A stretch of 64,000 nt of DNA, from the NCBI GenBank assembly GCA_045661205.1, contig JAZRFE010000018.1, forward strand, positions 65,523 through 129,522, in the 5' to 3' direction. The translations under genes and the position numbers were made by a program. A model generated the notes under the pieces. The model had not been told where the DNA came from. It ran no database searches and saw nothing but the letters and a program-made list of their open reading frames with translations. Shown piece by piece: positions 46,550 to 58,241 of the stretch. Origin of the DNA: Bacteroidaceae bacterium. GTDB lineage: Bacteria > Bacteroidota > Bacteroidia > Bacteroidales > Bacteroidaceae. How positions within the stretch are numbered: the first letter of the stretch is position 1; the number at the start of each line of letters is the position of its first letter.

Positions 46550-47569
46550 ATGATAGAGCAGATAGAAAAATTGCTTGAAGAGATTAAAAACATCACAGCA
46601 AGCAACGCAGAAGAGTTAGAAGCCCTGCGCCTGAAATACCTCAGCAAAAAAGGTATCATCAACGGCCTCATGGCACAGTTCCGCGAAGTACCCGCTGAGC
46701 AGAAAAAAGAGTTCGGAGTAAAACTCAATGAGCTCAAAAATGCAACGCAAGAAAAGATAAATACATTAAAGGAGAGCCTCGAGAGCAAGGAAGAGGAGCA
46801 GTGCGAGCTCGACCTCACACGTCCCGGCTACCCTGCAAAATTGGGAACACGCCACCCCCTTTCCATTGTCAAAAACGAAATAATTGATATCTTCTCACGT
46901 TTAGGCTTTTCAATTGCCAACGGTGTTGAGGTTGAGGACGACTGGCACGTATTTTCGGCAATGAACTTCGCCGACGACCATCCCGCTCGTGACATGCAGG
47001 ATACATTCTTCGTAGAGGCGCACCCCGACATCATCCTGCGCACACACACCAGTAGCGTGCAGAGTCGCGTAATGGAGACTTCGCAGCCCCCCATCCGCAT
47101 CATCGCTCCCGGACGTGTGTACCGCAACGAGGCTATCAGCTACCGTGCACACTGTTTCTTTCACCAGTTGGAGGCACTTTATATCGACAAAAACGTATCA
47201 TTCACCGACCTCAAGCAGGTGCTCTTGCTTTTTGCCAAGGAGATGTTTGGCAACGACACAAAGATACGTCTTCGCCCCTCATATTTTCCCTTCACAGAGC
47301 CTTCAGCCGAAATGGACATCAGCTGTAACATCTGCGGCGGTAAGGGTTGTCCCTTCTGCAAAGGCACAGGATGGGTAGAGATTCTCGGTTGCGGAATGGT
47401 AGATCCCAATGTCCTCGAACTCTGCGGTATCGACAGCAAGGAGTATTCGGGTTACGCACTCGGAATGGGTATCGAGCGCATCACAAACCTCAAATATCAG
47501 GTAAAAGACTTGCGTCTCTTTAGCGAGAACGACATCCGTTTCCTAAAACTCTTTGAGAGTGCAAACTAA
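46550..47569 (+). CDS. pheS: phenylalanine--tRNA ligase alpha subunit
   Basis: 339 aa. Contains class II motifs including FPFTEPSAEMDI and GMGIERI. Confidence 0.96.
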   Translation: MIEQIEKLLEEIKNITASNAEELEALRLKYLSKKGIINGLMAQFREVPAEQKKEFGVKLNELKNATQEKINTLKESLESKEEEQCELDLTRPGYPAKLGTRHPLSIVKNEIIDIFSRLGFSIANGVEVEDDWHVFSAMNFADDHPARDMQDTFFVEAHPDIILRTHTSSVQSRVMETSQPPIRIIAPGRVYRNEAISYRAHCFFHQLEALYIDKNVSFTDLKQVLLLFAKEMFGNDTKIRLRPSYFPFTEPSAEMDISCNICGGKGCPFCKGTGWVEILGCGMVDPNVLELCGIDSKEYSGYALGMGIERITNLKYQVKDLRLFSENDIRFLKLFESAN

Positions 47570-47587
47570 CAAGCACCGACGTTTAAG

Positions 47588-48262
47588 ATGAAAAACGAGG
47601 AACTATATAAAAAAGTACTCGAATATTTTGAAAAAGCAATACCGGTAGCCGAGACGGAGCTACATTATGAGAATCCGTTTCAGCTGCTTATTGCCGTAAT
47701 ACTGTCGGCACAATGCACCGACAGACGTGTGAACATGGTCACCCCCGATCTTTTCGCCGCTTACGACACGCCCGAGGAGCTTGCTCAAGCCCATCCCGAC
47801 GAAATATTCAACTACATTAAAAGCATATCGTTCCCCAACAATAAGGCACGTTACCTTGTGGGTATGGCGCAACAGCTTGTCGAGAAATACGGAGGTCGTG
47901 TACCCGATACACTCGAAGAGCTCACCACCCTGCCCGGTGTTGGTCGCAAGACGGCAAATGTCATTCAGGCAGTCGTGTTCAACAAATCGGCAATGGCTGT
48001 CGACACCCATGTCTTTCGAGTGAGTCACCGCATAGGACTTGTACCCAAAAGCTGCACCACCCCATACAGCGTGGAGAAAAGGCTTGTAAAGTACATCCCC
48101 GAGTCCATAATTCCACGTGCACACCATTGGCTGATACTGCATGGAAGATACACCTGCAAGGCACGTAACCCCGAATGCGCCAAGTGCGGCCTCATAGATG
48201 TCTGCAAAGAATACTGCCGTCGCACAATAAAAGCGAGCAAGGCAACAAATAAAAATATTTAA
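47588..48262 (+). CDS. nth: endonuclease III
   Basis: 224 aa. Has the HhH-GPD motif LPGVGRKTANV and the 4Fe-4S cluster C-x6-C-x2-C-x5-C. Confidence 0.94.
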   Translation: MKNEELYKKVLEYFEKAIPVAETELHYENPFQLLIAVILSAQCTDRRVNMVTPDLFAAYDTPEELAQAHPDEIFNYIKSISFPNNKARYLVGMAQQLVEKYGGRVPDTLEELTTLPGVGRKTANVIQAVVFNKSAMAVDTHVFRVSHRIGLVPKSCTTPYSVEKRLVKYIPESIIPRAHHWLILHGRYTCKARNPECAKCGLIDVCKEYCRRTIKASKATNKNI

Positions 48263-48306
48263 TATATTTTTTATAAAAACAGAGCCGAAACTTAAACAGA
48301 AAAAGT

Positions 48307-48314
48307 TATATTTG
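48307..48314 (+). promoter_or_regulatory. candidate -7 box (TATATTTG) for pgk
   Basis: TAnnTTTG about 66 nt upstream of the pgk start. Confidence 0.35.
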
Positions 48315-48379
48315 CAAAATGTTGCAATAAAGCATACATAAGTAAGAAATTTTTAATCACATTTCATAAAAACAAAGCA

Positions 48380-49633
48380 ATGATGACAATTGACAATTAC
48401 AAATTTGCCGGTAAAAAGGCAATCGTTCGCGTAGACTTCAACGTTCCCTTGAACGAAGAGGGTAAAATCACAGACGACACTCGCATCCGTGGTGCACTAC
48501 CCACACTTAAGAAAGTGTTGACTGACGGTGGTGCACTCATCATCATGTCACACATGGGCAAGCCCAAAGGCAAGGTAAATGCAAAATACTCTTTGAGCCA
48601 GATTGTTGACGCTGTATCAGAGAAATTGGGCGTAGCTGTACAGTTCGCTCCCGACTGCGCAAAGGCAGCTGAGGCAGCAGCAGCTCTCAAAGCAGGTAAA
48701 GTTCTTTTGCTTGAGAACCTCCGTTTCTATCCCGAGGAGGAGGGCAAACCCGTAGGTATCGATAAAGAGGATCCCGCATACAACGATGCAAAGAAAGCAA
48801 TGAAAGAGTCTCAGAAAGAGTTCTCTAAGACATTGGCATCATACGCTGACTGCTACATCAACGACGCATTCGGTACAGCACACCGTCGTCACGCATCAAC
48901 AGCTGTTATCGCTGACTACTTCAACGAGGATAGCAAGATGCTCGGTTACTTGATGGAAAAAGAGGTTCAGGCAGTAGACAACATCCTCAAAGACATCAAA
49001 CGCCCCTTCACAGCAATCATGGGTGGTTCTAAGGTATCTACAAAGATCGGTATCATCGAGAACCTCATGGACAAAGTAGACAACCTTATCCTTTGCGGTG
49101 GTATGACATATACATTTGCTAAGGCTCAGGGCGGTGTTGTAGGTAACTCAATCGTTGAGGATGACAAACTCCAGCTTGCTCTCGACATTATTGAGCAGGC
49201 TAAGGCAAAAGGTGTTAACCTTGTACTCGCAACAGACTGCGTAGCTGCTGATGCCTTCTCAAACGACGCAAACACACAGGTTGTTTCAGTTGCAGAAATC
49301 CCCGAAGGTTGGGAGGGCTTGGATGCTGGTCCCAACGCACGCGAAGCATTTGCTTCTGCAATCGAGAATGCAAAGACAATCCTTTGGAACGGTCCCGCAG
49401 GTGTATTCGAGTTTGATAACTTCACAGCAGGTTCACGCGCAATTGCCGAGGCTATTGCAAAGGCTACTGCAAACGGCGCATTCTCACTCATAGGTGGTGG
49501 TGACTCAGTAGCATGTATCAACAAGTTCGGTATGGCCGACCAGGTATCATACATCTCAACAGGTGGTGGTGCTCTCCTCGAGGCAATCGAAGGTAAGGTA
49601 CTCCCCGGAGTTGCAGCTATCAAAGGCGAATAA
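48380..49633 (+). CDS. pgk: phosphoglycerate kinase
   Basis: 417 aa. Contains RVDFNVPL and a C-terminal GGGDS motif. Confidence 0.97.
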   Translation: MMTIDNYKFAGKKAIVRVDFNVPLNEEGKITDDTRIRGALPTLKKVLTDGGALIIMSHMGKPKGKVNAKYSLSQIVDAVSEKLGVAVQFAPDCAKAAEAAAALKAGKVLLLENLRFYPEEEGKPVGIDKEDPAYNDAKKAMKESQKEFSKTLASYADCYINDAFGTAHRRHASTAVIADYFNEDSKMLGYLMEKEVQAVDNILKDIKRPFTAIMGGSKVSTKIGIIENLMDKVDNLILCGGMTYTFAKAQGGVVGNSIVEDDKLQLALDIIEQAKAKGVNLVLATDCVAADAFSNDANTQVVSVAEIPEGWEGLDAGPNAREAFASAIENAKTILWNGPAGVFEFDNFTAGSRAIAEAIAKATANGAFSLIGGGDSVACINKFGMADQVSYISTGGGALLEAIEGKVLPGVAAIKGE

Positions 49634-49655
49634 TAACATTCGATAAATAACGTAT

Positions 49656-49685
49656 AAACAGCGCGGCACTCCGCGCTGTTTATAT
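49656..49685 (+). terminator. terminator after pgk
   Basis: Perfect 11-bp stem AAACAGCGCGG / CCGCGCTGTTT with a CACT loop. Confidence 0.65.
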
Positions 49686-49714
49686 ATATAAAAACAAGCA
49701 GTCATATACCTTTT

Positions 49715-51919
49715 ATGGGAGAGAAACGTATAAGCGAAATACAGCGCAAGGCAAACATGATGTTACGTGAGAAACGTCTGAAACCGGCACTCGAGCAGAT
49801 GGGCGAAGAGATAGAGACGCTCAACAGTTGGGAATTGCGCACAAAATACTCCGAGGTTACGACTGCCTACAAATACATGCTCGAATACATGTGCAAAGGC
49901 ATGCCCGACCCTAACCGCAGCCATCTGCACAGTGAACTGATAGGCAAAGCCTATCTCCTTAACGACGAAATTGCCATCTCACGTCTATCGGAACACTCGT
50001 TGAGTGTCTATTGCCAGATGCGCAGAAAATACAAAGGCGAGGCAGACATCGCCACATATCATAACAAACTTCGCGAACACTCCATGGCAAGGGCTATGAT
50101 GCAGTTGATGCCAGGGAACGAAGAGAAAACGAAAGAACTAGCACGACGCCACGAGCAGGATAGTGCCGAGTTATTCATGCAACTGTGGAGCACAAGCTCA
50201 TGGGGAAACAAGCAACGCACCGAAGTTATGGAGGTGCTCAACGACTTTGAAGTGGACAATAGCGACAAAGCCATGATTGTAAGTGCAATCACCATCAGTT
50301 TGCTAAAACTCTTCGACCCCGTCAAAGCAATATTCCTGTGTGACGCATGCACACACGACGAAGTTGGCATATCGCAGCGTGCCCTCGTTGGCCTTTTCAT
50401 CACTGCCTTCATCAACAATCATCGCATAGAACACTACCCCGAGCTGAAAAGCAGAATAGTGCAACTGTGCGAAACGCCCGATTTTGAATCGCGATTGCTC
50501 ATTATACAGTTACAGTTCCTTCGCACTCGCGAGACACAGAAAATAGACCGCAAGATGCGCGAAGAGATAATCCCTGCAATGCTCAAGAACCCCAATCTTC
50601 GCAATGCAAAACTCGGTCTCGACCTAGACAAAGAGTTTGATGAGGACGACAAAAATCCCGAGTGGCAGGCATGGCTCGACAACGACGCAATAAAAAACAA
50701 ACTCGACGAAATGGCACAGTGGCAGACCGAGGGAGCAGACGTCTACATGAGTACATTCTCCCAGCTCAAACACTTCCCATTCTTTAACGAAATGGCAAAC
50801 TGGTTCCGCCCATTTGACCTTCACAACTCAACAATTTCGGGAATAATACCCTCGACAGCCGACACTCATAATGCCAATCTTCTGAAAACGCTCTTTGCAT
50901 CGAAATTCTTCTGCAACAGCGATAAATACTCATTCAGTTTCACACTGCAACAAGTTCCCGAAGAGCAACGTGGCATGCTCATGCAGCAGCTTGGTGAACA
51001 GCATGGTGAGGAGATTGCCAATCCCGATACCGAGCAACCTGCCATCCCCCGTAAGGTCGAAGAGGAGCTGCAAGGCAACCAATACATACAAGACCTCTAC
51101 CGTTTCTTCAAGCTCTCCAGCTTTAAGAACGAATTTACCGACCCCTTCACACTCTCGCTCAACATGCTTGAATGCGAGTACACAAGCAACATATTCAGCA
51201 GCACACAAAGCATGTTGCGCATATTCCGCTACCTTTTACAAAAAGAGTATTATGCCGAAGCGTATGAAATAGGCGACAGCATAGAAAAGTCCAAAGACAC
51301 AACAGTTTGTGACGCACAATTCTATCAGGAGATGGGCTACTGCAAGCAAAAGGCCGGCGAATATGACGAAGCAATAAAATACTACAATAAAGCAGACATC
51401 ATCAAGCCCGACACATTATGGACTATACGCCATACAGCACAGTGCCACAGGATGCGTCGCGACCCCAAGAGCGCACTGCCCTATTATCTGCAAGCCGAGC
51501 AACTTGTACCGGACAACCGTGCCATTCTGTTGCAAACAGGAGAGTGTCTGGTTGCACTCAAGAGGTACGACGAGGCTTTTACACGTTTCTTCAAGGTTGA
51601 ATATATGGAGCCCGACTCCCTTCGCTCATGGCGCGCAATAGCATGGTGCTCATTCATGGTAGGTAAATACGAACAGGCACAGGAGTACTATTCACGTCTG
51701 CATGCTGCACCCAAACGCAATATGCAGGACTGGCTCAATGCAGCCCATGTAGAGCTTGTTCTTGGCAACAACAGTGTGGCTATCGACTATTACCGTAAAG
51801 CTGCTACACTGTGCAAAGACGACGAATTTTCTGCAAGTCTCTTTGGAGACAAAAAAGTGCTACTTTCTAAAGGTGTTTCCCTCAACGACCTGATATTAAT
51901 AAGGGACATTGTAGGCTGA
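49715..51919 (+). CDS. large TPR-repeat protein
   Basis: 734 aa. C-terminal TPR-like repeats include [24 protein letters not shown] and related units. Confidence 0.65.
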   Translation: MGEKRISEIQRKANMMLREKRLKPALEQMGEEIETLNSWELRTKYSEVTTAYKYMLEYMCKGMPDPNRSHLHSELIGKAYLLNDEIAISRLSEHSLSVYCQMRRKYKGEADIATYHNKLREHSMARAMMQLMPGNEEKTKELARRHEQDSAELFMQLWSTSSWGNKQRTEVMEVLNDFEVDNSDKAMIVSAITISLLKLFDPVKAIFLCDACTHDEVGISQRALVGLFITAFINNHRIEHYPELKSRIVQLCETPDFESRLLIIQLQFLRTRETQKIDRKMREEIIPAMLKNPNLRNAKLGLDLDKEFDEDDKNPEWQAWLDNDAIKNKLDEMAQWQTEGADVYMSTFSQLKHFPFFNEMANWFRPFDLHNSTISGIIPSTADTHNANLLKTLFASKFFCNSDKYSFSFTLQQVPEEQRGMLMQQLGEQHGEEIANPDTEQPAIPRKVEEELQGNQYIQDLYRFFKLSSFKNEFTDPFTLSLNMLECEYTSNIFSSTQSMLRIFRYLLQKEYYAEAYEIGDSIEKSKDTTVCDAQFYQEMGYCKQKAGEYDEAIKYYNKADIIKPDTLWTIRHTAQCHRMRRDPKSALPYYLQAEQLVPDNRAILLQTGECLVALKRYDEAFTRFFKVEYMEPDSLRSWRAIAWCSFMVGKYEQAQEYYSRLHAAPKRNMQDWLNAAHVELVLGNNSVAIDYYRKAATLCKDDEFSASLFGDKKVLLSKGVSLNDLILIRDIVG

Positions 51920-51983
51920 TAGCATAAGTCATCACAAACAAAAACCACAATACTATTGTTATCCATACAAAAAAGAATTTTGT

Positions 51984-53705
51984 ATGGAATGGTTAGTAAA
52001 CATTTTGCGTACACATCCCGAAATTGCAATATTTCTCACCCTGGGATTAGGAGCATACATCGGACGTATACGCGTTAAAGGCTTCAGCCTGGGAGTAGTA
52101 ACAAGCGTATTGTTGGTGGGAGTTCTTATAGGTCAGCTGAAGATACCCATTGGGGCTACCCTTAAGCCCGTCGCCTTTCTTCTATTCCTCTTTGCCATAG
52201 GCTACAAAGTGGGACCTCAATTTTTCCGAGGACTTAAAAAAGATGGACTTCCTCAAGTCTATTTTGCAATAGTGATGTGCGTGTTCATTCTTGTCGTCAC
52301 GTGGGTAACAGCACTTGTCATGGGATATAATGTCGGTGAGGCCGCAGGACTGCTCTCCGGCGCACAGACTATAAGTGCTGTGATAGGCGTTGCCGGCGAC
52401 ACCATCAACGGCCTTGCAATATCCGAAAGCGACAAACTGAAATTAATCAATATAATCCCTGTGGCTTATGCTGTAACATATATATACGGAACAGCCGGCT
52501 CGGCATGGATAATGTCAAGCATAGGCCCCAAAATGCTTGGAGGAGTAGAAAAGGTAAAAGCAGCCTGCAAGGAACTTGAAAAAAAGATGGGCAGCAGCGT
52601 CGGCGAAGAGCCCGGAGTATCTACTGCCGAACGTCCCGTTGTTTTTCGTGCCTATAAAATCACAAACAGTTGGTTCGATGATACCCGTAGTGTAGCTTCG
52701 CTCGAAGAACTTTTCGCTTCGCAAGAGAAACGTCTCTTTGTGGAACGAATACGCAAGGGAAACAATATAATTAATGAAGTCACCCCCGAAACAATGCTTG
52801 CCATTGGTGACGAGGTGGTGCTCACCGGTCGTCGCGAATATGCCATTGGCGAGGAGGAGTGGATAGGTAGCGAGGTAGATGACGAGACACTGCTCGATTT
52901 TCCTGTGATGCAGTTACGCGTATTAGTCACAGGAAAGAAGAAAAATAGCGGTCACCCCTCTTACGACGGAAAAAGTATTGCACAGTTACGTCAAGAGAAA
53001 TTCATGCATGGCGTCAGCATACGTCGCATCACACGTATAGGAGTGAACATACCCGTCTTTCCGGCTACAATAATCAATGCCGGCGATACCATTGAACTTG
53101 TAGGCAAGAAATTCGACGTTCAGCCGGCAGCAAAGGCTATTGGCTACCCCGACCCGGAAACAAACACCACCGATGTGGTATTCCTCACAGCAGGCATTGT
53201 CGTGGGTTGTCTGGTGGGTGTACTCACTCTGCATTTAGGAGGTGTACCCATCAGCCTGAGCACTAGCGGCGGAGCACTCATCGCCGGGTTATTCTTCGGT
53301 TGGTGGCATTCACGTCGCCCCACCATGGGGGCAATACCCGAGGCCGCCCTTTGGGTGTTCAACAATATGGGACTTAACATCTTCATTGCCATTGTAGGAA
53401 TAAGTGCCGGCCCGGGGTTTGTGCAAGGTTTCCGAGAGATAGGATTCTCACTCTTTTGCGCAGGAATTGTAGCCACAAGTCTACCCCTCATATTTGGACT
53501 TTATATAGCTACACGTTGGTTTAAGTTCCATCCCGCAATAGCACTTGGATGTTGTTGTGGAGCACGAACAACCACAGCAGCCATAGGTGCGGTGCAAGAG
53601 GCAATAGGCAGCGAAACACCCGCATTGGGCTATACAGTAACATACGCAGTGGGTAACACATTGCTCATATTGTGGGGTGTAGTCATAGTTCTACTTATTC
53701 ATTAA
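51984..53705 (+). CDS. aspT: aspartate:alanine antiporter family transporter (AAEx; YidE/YbjL-type)
   Basis: 573 aa. Two polytopic membrane halves are separated by cytoplasmic RCK_C/TrkA_C-like domains. It lies immediately upstream of the aspartate 4-decarboxylase gene. Confidence 0.75.
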   Translation: MEWLVNILRTHPEIAIFLTLGLGAYIGRIRVKGFSLGVVTSVLLVGVLIGQLKIPIGATLKPVAFLLFLFAIGYKVGPQFFRGLKKDGLPQVYFAIVMCVFILVVTWVTALVMGYNVGEAAGLLSGAQTISAVIGVAGDTINGLAISESDKLKLINIIPVAYAVTYIYGTAGSAWIMSSIGPKMLGGVEKVKAACKELEKKMGSSVGEEPGVSTAERPVVFRAYKITNSWFDDTRSVASLEELFASQEKRLFVERIRKGNNIINEVTPETMLAIGDEVVLTGRREYAIGEEEWIGSEVDDETLLDFPVMQLRVLVTGKKKNSGHPSYDGKSIAQLRQEKFMHGVSIRRITRIGVNIPVFPATIINAGDTIELVGKKFDVQPAAKAIGYPDPETNTTDVVFLTAGIVVGCLVGVLTLHLGGVPISLSTSGGALIAGLFFGWWHSRRPTMGAIPEAALWVFNNMGLNIFIAIVGISAGPGFVQGFREIGFSLFCAGIVATSLPLIFGLYIATRWFKFHPAIALGCCCGARTTTAAIGAVQEAIGSETPALGYTVTYAVGNTLLILWGVVIVLLIH

Positions 53706-53730
53706 AGTTTCACATATAAATATATTTACC

Positions 53731-55389
53731 ATGAACAAGTTACTCAAAGACAAAAGTGAAGTACCATCTTTCGGGAAAGAGATGGAAAAGATAAGTCCCT
53801 TTGAACTTAAAAACCGCCTTATAGAACTTGCCGACGAGAGAATAAAAAGAAGCATGCACACTATGCTCAATGCCGGTCGTGGCAATCCTAACTGGGTAGC
53901 AACCCTTCCACGTGAAGCATTCTTTATGTTTGGAAAGTTCGGAATGAAAGAGTGCCGACTCAATTTTGAAAGAAACGATGGCATCGCAGGTGTTCCGCAA
54001 AAAGAGGGCATTGCTAAACGTTTTGAGCAGTTTCTCGAAGAGAATGCGCGTACCCCTGAAGGGAAATTTCTTGCGCAATGTTACGAATATATGCTCACCG
54101 AGCATAAGGTGAACCCAGATGAGCTTGTACTCGAATGGGCAGAGTGTGTCGTGGGCAACCAATACCCTGTACCCGATCGTATACTCAAACACACAGAGCT
54201 AATTACTCGCGACTATCTTGCACAAGAACTTTGTGCGGGACGTCCCCCACAGGGCGAGTTCGACCTTTTTGCAACAGAAGGCGGAACGGCTGCAATGTGC
54301 TACATATTCGACTCGCTCGAACAGAACTTCCTTCTTCACAAAGGCGATCAAGTGGCATTAATGACTCCTGTATTTACGCCATACATAGAAATTCCCGAAC
54401 TCGAAAGGTATAAGTTCAAGGTTACAAATATCCCCGCTGACCGTATGAGCGAAGATGGACTGCACCTGTGGCAATACAACGAAAAGGCCATCAATAAGCT
54501 GCGCGATCCATCGTACAAGGCACTCTTTGTAGTAAACCCCAGTAACCCTCCGAGTTACATGATAGACGAAAAGAGCGTTGCTATGATTGTAGACATCGTC
54601 AATCGCTGGAACCCCAACCTGATGATAATAACCGACGACGTATACGCGACATATGTACCGGGATTCCAATCGCTCATGGCACAACTGCCACACAATACAA
54701 TATGTGTCTACTCATTCTCGAAATATTTTGGAGCAACGGGATGGCGTCTTGCTGTCACTGCCATGCACCGAGACAACATCTTCGATGAACTTTTGAAGCG
54801 TCTCCCACGCAAACGCAAAGGAGAACTTCAGAAGAGATACGGAAGCATACGCAGTGACGTCGAGAATATGCGATTCATTGACCGCATGGTTGCCGACAGT
54901 CGTCAGGTAGCACTAAACCACACAAGTGGACTCTCACTGCCACAACAGTTCCAGATGAGCCTCTTTGCCCTCTACTCCATACTCGACACACGTTCCGAGA
55001 ATAAGTTCCGCGAAGGAATGCACAATATAATAAACTCGCGCCTGCAAACATTGTGGAAGAGCATGGGATTCACCCTTCTACCCGACCCTACACGTGCAGG
55101 CTATTACTCCGAGATAGACCTTCTTGTTTGGGCGAGAAAATTCTATGGCGAAGATTTTGTCGATTATTTGAAACTCAATTACAGCCCTCTGGATATTGTC
55201 TTTAGGCTTGCGACGGAGACATCACTTGTAGTACTCAACGGCGGAGGTTTCGACGGCCCCGAATGGAGCATAAGAGTCTCACTTGCCAATCTCAACGAAC
55301 AGGACTATGAAACGATAGGTAAAAATATCAGGAACATTCTCGAAAGCTATGCCGAGAAATGGAAAAACTCGCTACCAGTGGAAGTTTAA
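53731..55389 (+). CDS. asdA: aspartate 4-decarboxylase (PLP-dependent, class I aminotransferase fold)
   Basis: 552 aa. Has the PLP-Lys motif SFSKYFGATGWRLA. Its length and N-terminal region are typical of AsdA. Confidence 0.8.
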   Translation: MNKLLKDKSEVPSFGKEMEKISPFELKNRLIELADERIKRSMHTMLNAGRGNPNWVATLPREAFFMFGKFGMKECRLNFERNDGIAGVPQKEGIAKRFEQFLEENARTPEGKFLAQCYEYMLTEHKVNPDELVLEWAECVVGNQYPVPDRILKHTELITRDYLAQELCAGRPPQGEFDLFATEGGTAAMCYIFDSLEQNFLLHKGDQVALMTPVFTPYIEIPELERYKFKVTNIPADRMSEDGLHLWQYNEKAINKLRDPSYKALFVVNPSNPPSYMIDEKSVAMIVDIVNRWNPNLMIITDDVYATYVPGFQSLMAQLPHNTICVYSFSKYFGATGWRLAVTAMHRDNIFDELLKRLPRKRKGELQKRYGSIRSDVENMRFIDRMVADSRQVALNHTSGLSLPQQFQMSLFALYSILDTRSENKFREGMHNIINSRLQTLWKSMGFTLLPDPTRAGYYSEIDLLVWARKFYGEDFVDYLKLNYSPLDIVFRLATETSLVVLNGGGFDGPEWSIRVSLANLNEQDYETIGKNIRNILESYAEKWKNSLPVEV

Positions 55390-55396
55390 CAAATCA

Positions 55397-55438
55397 TTGC
55401 GAATGCATCAATAAACCGTTGCATTCGCAACGTTTTTT
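55397..55438 (+). terminator. terminator after asdA
   Basis: Perfect 11-bp stem TTGCGAATGCA / TGCATTCGCAA followed by a T6 run. Confidence 0.7.
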
Positions 55439-55517
55439 ATGGTATCATTAATATCCGAATGAAAATTAACCGTATATTTGTAGAATATCACCAATAGAAA
55501 ATAAAACAGACATAAAT

Positions 55518-58226
55518 ATGAAACAACTAAAATTACTACTTGCAGGGGTGCTGCTATCAACAACATTCCTTGCAGCACAAGCACAAAGAGCCTTCACGCA
55601 CAACGACGTAGAGAAGTGGCAACGCATCACCTCACGCACCATTTCCGATGATGGCAAGTGGGTGGCAACAACCTTTGCGCCGTGGCGAGGCGATTCACGT
55701 GTGGAACTCTATTCTGTCGATGGCAAAGAGAAAAAAACATTTTCTCCTGCAAGCGAGTATCGCTTTTCATCCTCATCGCAAAACTTTATTGTAAAAGAGG
55801 TAGCAGAACTTCACCTCACAGACTCACTTAAGTTGATGAAAGCAAAAAAGATGCCTATGGACAAACTTACCATCAACAATCTTGCAAACGGCAGTAAATG
55901 GCAAATAGACTCACTTGTAACCTACCGACTCTCCGACTCGCACGACATTATCGCCTACAAGCGAGTGCACAATGACTCATCGCTGATAATCTCTGATCTT
56001 AACGGCGAAGAGATAACAAGAATTTCAAAGGTCACACAATACTCATTTGCCAAGAAGAGCGCGACTCTCTACTTCACCACCAAAGATACGGTTGGCGATA
56101 GAAACCCCGGCCTTTATATTTGGCACAATGGCGACACACACCCTACACTCATCAAATCCGGAAAGGAGAACTTTACAAATATCACCATCAGTGAGAATGG
56201 TGAAAAAATAGCATTCCTCTACACCGACACCCCAAAAGAGAGCAAGCGTACAATGGCACTATGGCTATCTGAAAATGGAGACACAGCACGTCAAATAGTA
56301 ACTTGCAGCACAAATGGAGTACCCGAAAATTGGATAATTGCATCAAACTACAATCCATGGTTCTCGAAAGACATGAAACGCATATATTTAGCAACAATGC
56401 CCATGCCCCTCGAAAAAGACACAACTATATTGGAAAGCAATCGCCCCAATGTACAGGTGTGGAGCTGGAACGAGCCTGTGCAGTACACCGTGCAGAAATA
56501 CAATTTCAACAACGACATAAAACGCAACTACACTGCTGTATACAACATAGCAAACAGTACACTCACACAAATATCCGACACAGCACTACCCCATCTGCGA
56601 CTCCCAAGCAACGGAGTCGGCGAGTGGGCAATACTCTCTACAAGTACTCCATATTCACTATCGTCGATGTGGGAAGGTCGCACACGTAGCGACTATTATA
56701 AGGTATCGCTTGTAACAGGCGAACGCACTCCTATCACAGCAGGCGACTATACAAATTACAGCCTCTCGGCGTGCAACAAGTATGCAATTGGATATAACCC
56801 CACCGATAGTTGCTGGTACACAGTAAACCTGCAAACAGAAAAGAATCAGCTCACACGACTCACCGACCCCGACACATTTATTGCATGGGACGAAGATAAC
56901 GACGTACCCGACTATCCAGCCCCTCATGGCATCGCCGGTTGGACAAAAGATGACGCACAAGTACTCATATACGACCGGTACGACATTTGGGCATTCAATC
57001 CCGACGGCAGACAAAAAGCATTGAACCTCACAAAGAACGGTCGCACCAACCACATCCGCTACCGTCGTCTGCGCATCGAGGAGAATGAGACTTACATCGA
57101 TACAAAAAAGGCCTCAATGCTCGCAGGCTTCAACGAAATAGATAAAACCACACAGTTCTTCATTATCAAAAACCTTGTATCGTCTGCATCACCCAAACAA
57201 CTCACCGAAGGCCTCTATCGCTACGGCAATCTCGTAAAAGCCAAGAAGTGTGATAAATACATATACACTCGCGAGAATACAAAAACCTTCCCCGACGTGT
57301 GGGTAGCAGATATATCATTAAAGAAAGAGCGACAGCTATCACAGGGTATTGAGCAACAAAAAACATTCATCTGGAACAGATCTGAACTTGTATCGTGGAA
57401 CTCTTACGAGGGAACAAAGCTCGAAGGAGTTCTCTACCTCCCCGACAACTTTGACCCCAATAAAAAATACCCGATGATAGTAAACTTCTATGAGCGTAAT
57501 TCCGATAATCTGCACAGCTATCGTACCCCTCAACCTCACCGTTCGACAATAGACTATTGCAGCTATCTCAGCGACGGTTACATCATCTTCAACCCCGATG
57601 TACGTTACTCGGGAGGCTACCCAGGCAAAAACTGTTACGACTGTGTAATGTCGGGCATAGACGAGCTACTCACACGCGGTTACATCGACTCAACGCGCAT
57701 AGGAGCGCAGGGCCACAGTTGGGGCGGTTATCAGGTAGCCTACCTCGCTACACGCACCGACCGTTTCGCTGCCATAGAGTCGGGCGCACCTGTTGTGAAT
57801 ATGTTCAGTGCATACGGCGGCATCCGTTGGGGTAGTGGCAAGGCACGAGCATTCCAATACGAGCACACACAAAGTCGCTTGGGCGGCACCCCTTGGAGTC
57901 ATCCCGAACGCTACCACGAAAGCTCACCACTCTTTGCAATGGACAAAGTAAATACACCTATACTCATCATGCACAATGACCAGGATGGCCATGTGCCTTG
58001 GTATCAGGGAATAGAATATTTCGTAGCACTCAAACGATTAGGCAAACCTGCTTGGCTGCTCAACTACACAGGCGAACCCCACTGGCCTATGAAATATCCC
58101 AACTCCATGGACTTTCAGATACGCATGAAACAGTTCTTCGACCACTACCTGAAAGATGCACCCATGCCCAAGTGGATGAGCGAAGGAGTGCCCGCTGTGA
58201 AACAACCTTATGAATTAGGCTATTAA
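55518..58226 (+). CDS. S9-family serine peptidase (prolyl oligopeptidase/DPP-like), secreted
   Basis: 902 aa with a signal peptide, a beta-propeller N-region and the catalytic GHSWGG motif, plus a downstream Asp and His. Confidence 0.85.
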   Translation: MKQLKLLLAGVLLSTTFLAAQAQRAFTHNDVEKWQRITSRTISDDGKWVATTFAPWRGDSRVELYSVDGKEKKTFSPASEYRFSSSSQNFIVKEVAELHLTDSLKLMKAKKMPMDKLTINNLANGSKWQIDSLVTYRLSDSHDIIAYKRVHNDSSLIISDLNGEEITRISKVTQYSFAKKSATLYFTTKDTVGDRNPGLYIWHNGDTHPTLIKSGKENFTNITISENGEKIAFLYTDTPKESKRTMALWLSENGDTARQIVTCSTNGVPENWIIASNYNPWFSKDMKRIYLATMPMPLEKDTTILESNRPNVQVWSWNEPVQYTVQKYNFNNDIKRNYTAVYNIANSTLTQISDTALPHLRLPSNGVGEWAILSTSTPYSLSSMWEGRTRSDYYKVSLVTGERTPITAGDYTNYSLSACNKYAIGYNPTDSCWYTVNLQTEKNQLTRLTDPDTFIAWDEDNDVPDYPAPHGIAGWTKDDAQVLIYDRYDIWAFNPDGRQKALNLTKNGRTNHIRYRRLRIEENETYIDTKKASMLAGFNEIDKTTQFFIIKNLVSSASPKQLTEGLYRYGNLVKAKKCDKYIYTRENTKTFPDVWVADISLKKERQLSQGIEQQKTFIWNRSELVSWNSYEGTKLEGVLYLPDNFDPNKKYPMIVNFYERNSDNLHSYRTPQPHRSTIDYCSYLSDGYIIFNPDVRYSGGYPGKNCYDCVMSGIDELLTRGYIDSTRIGAQGHSWGGYQVAYLATRTDRFAAIESGAPVVNMFSAYGGIRWGSGKARAFQYEHTQSRLGGTPWSHPERYHESSPLFAMDKVNTPILIMHNDQDGHVPWYQGIEYFVALKRLGKPAWLLNYTGEPHWPMKYPNSMDFQIRMKQFFDHYLKDAPMPKWMSEGVPAVKQPYELGY

Positions 58227-58241
58227 CTAAAAAACATAACT

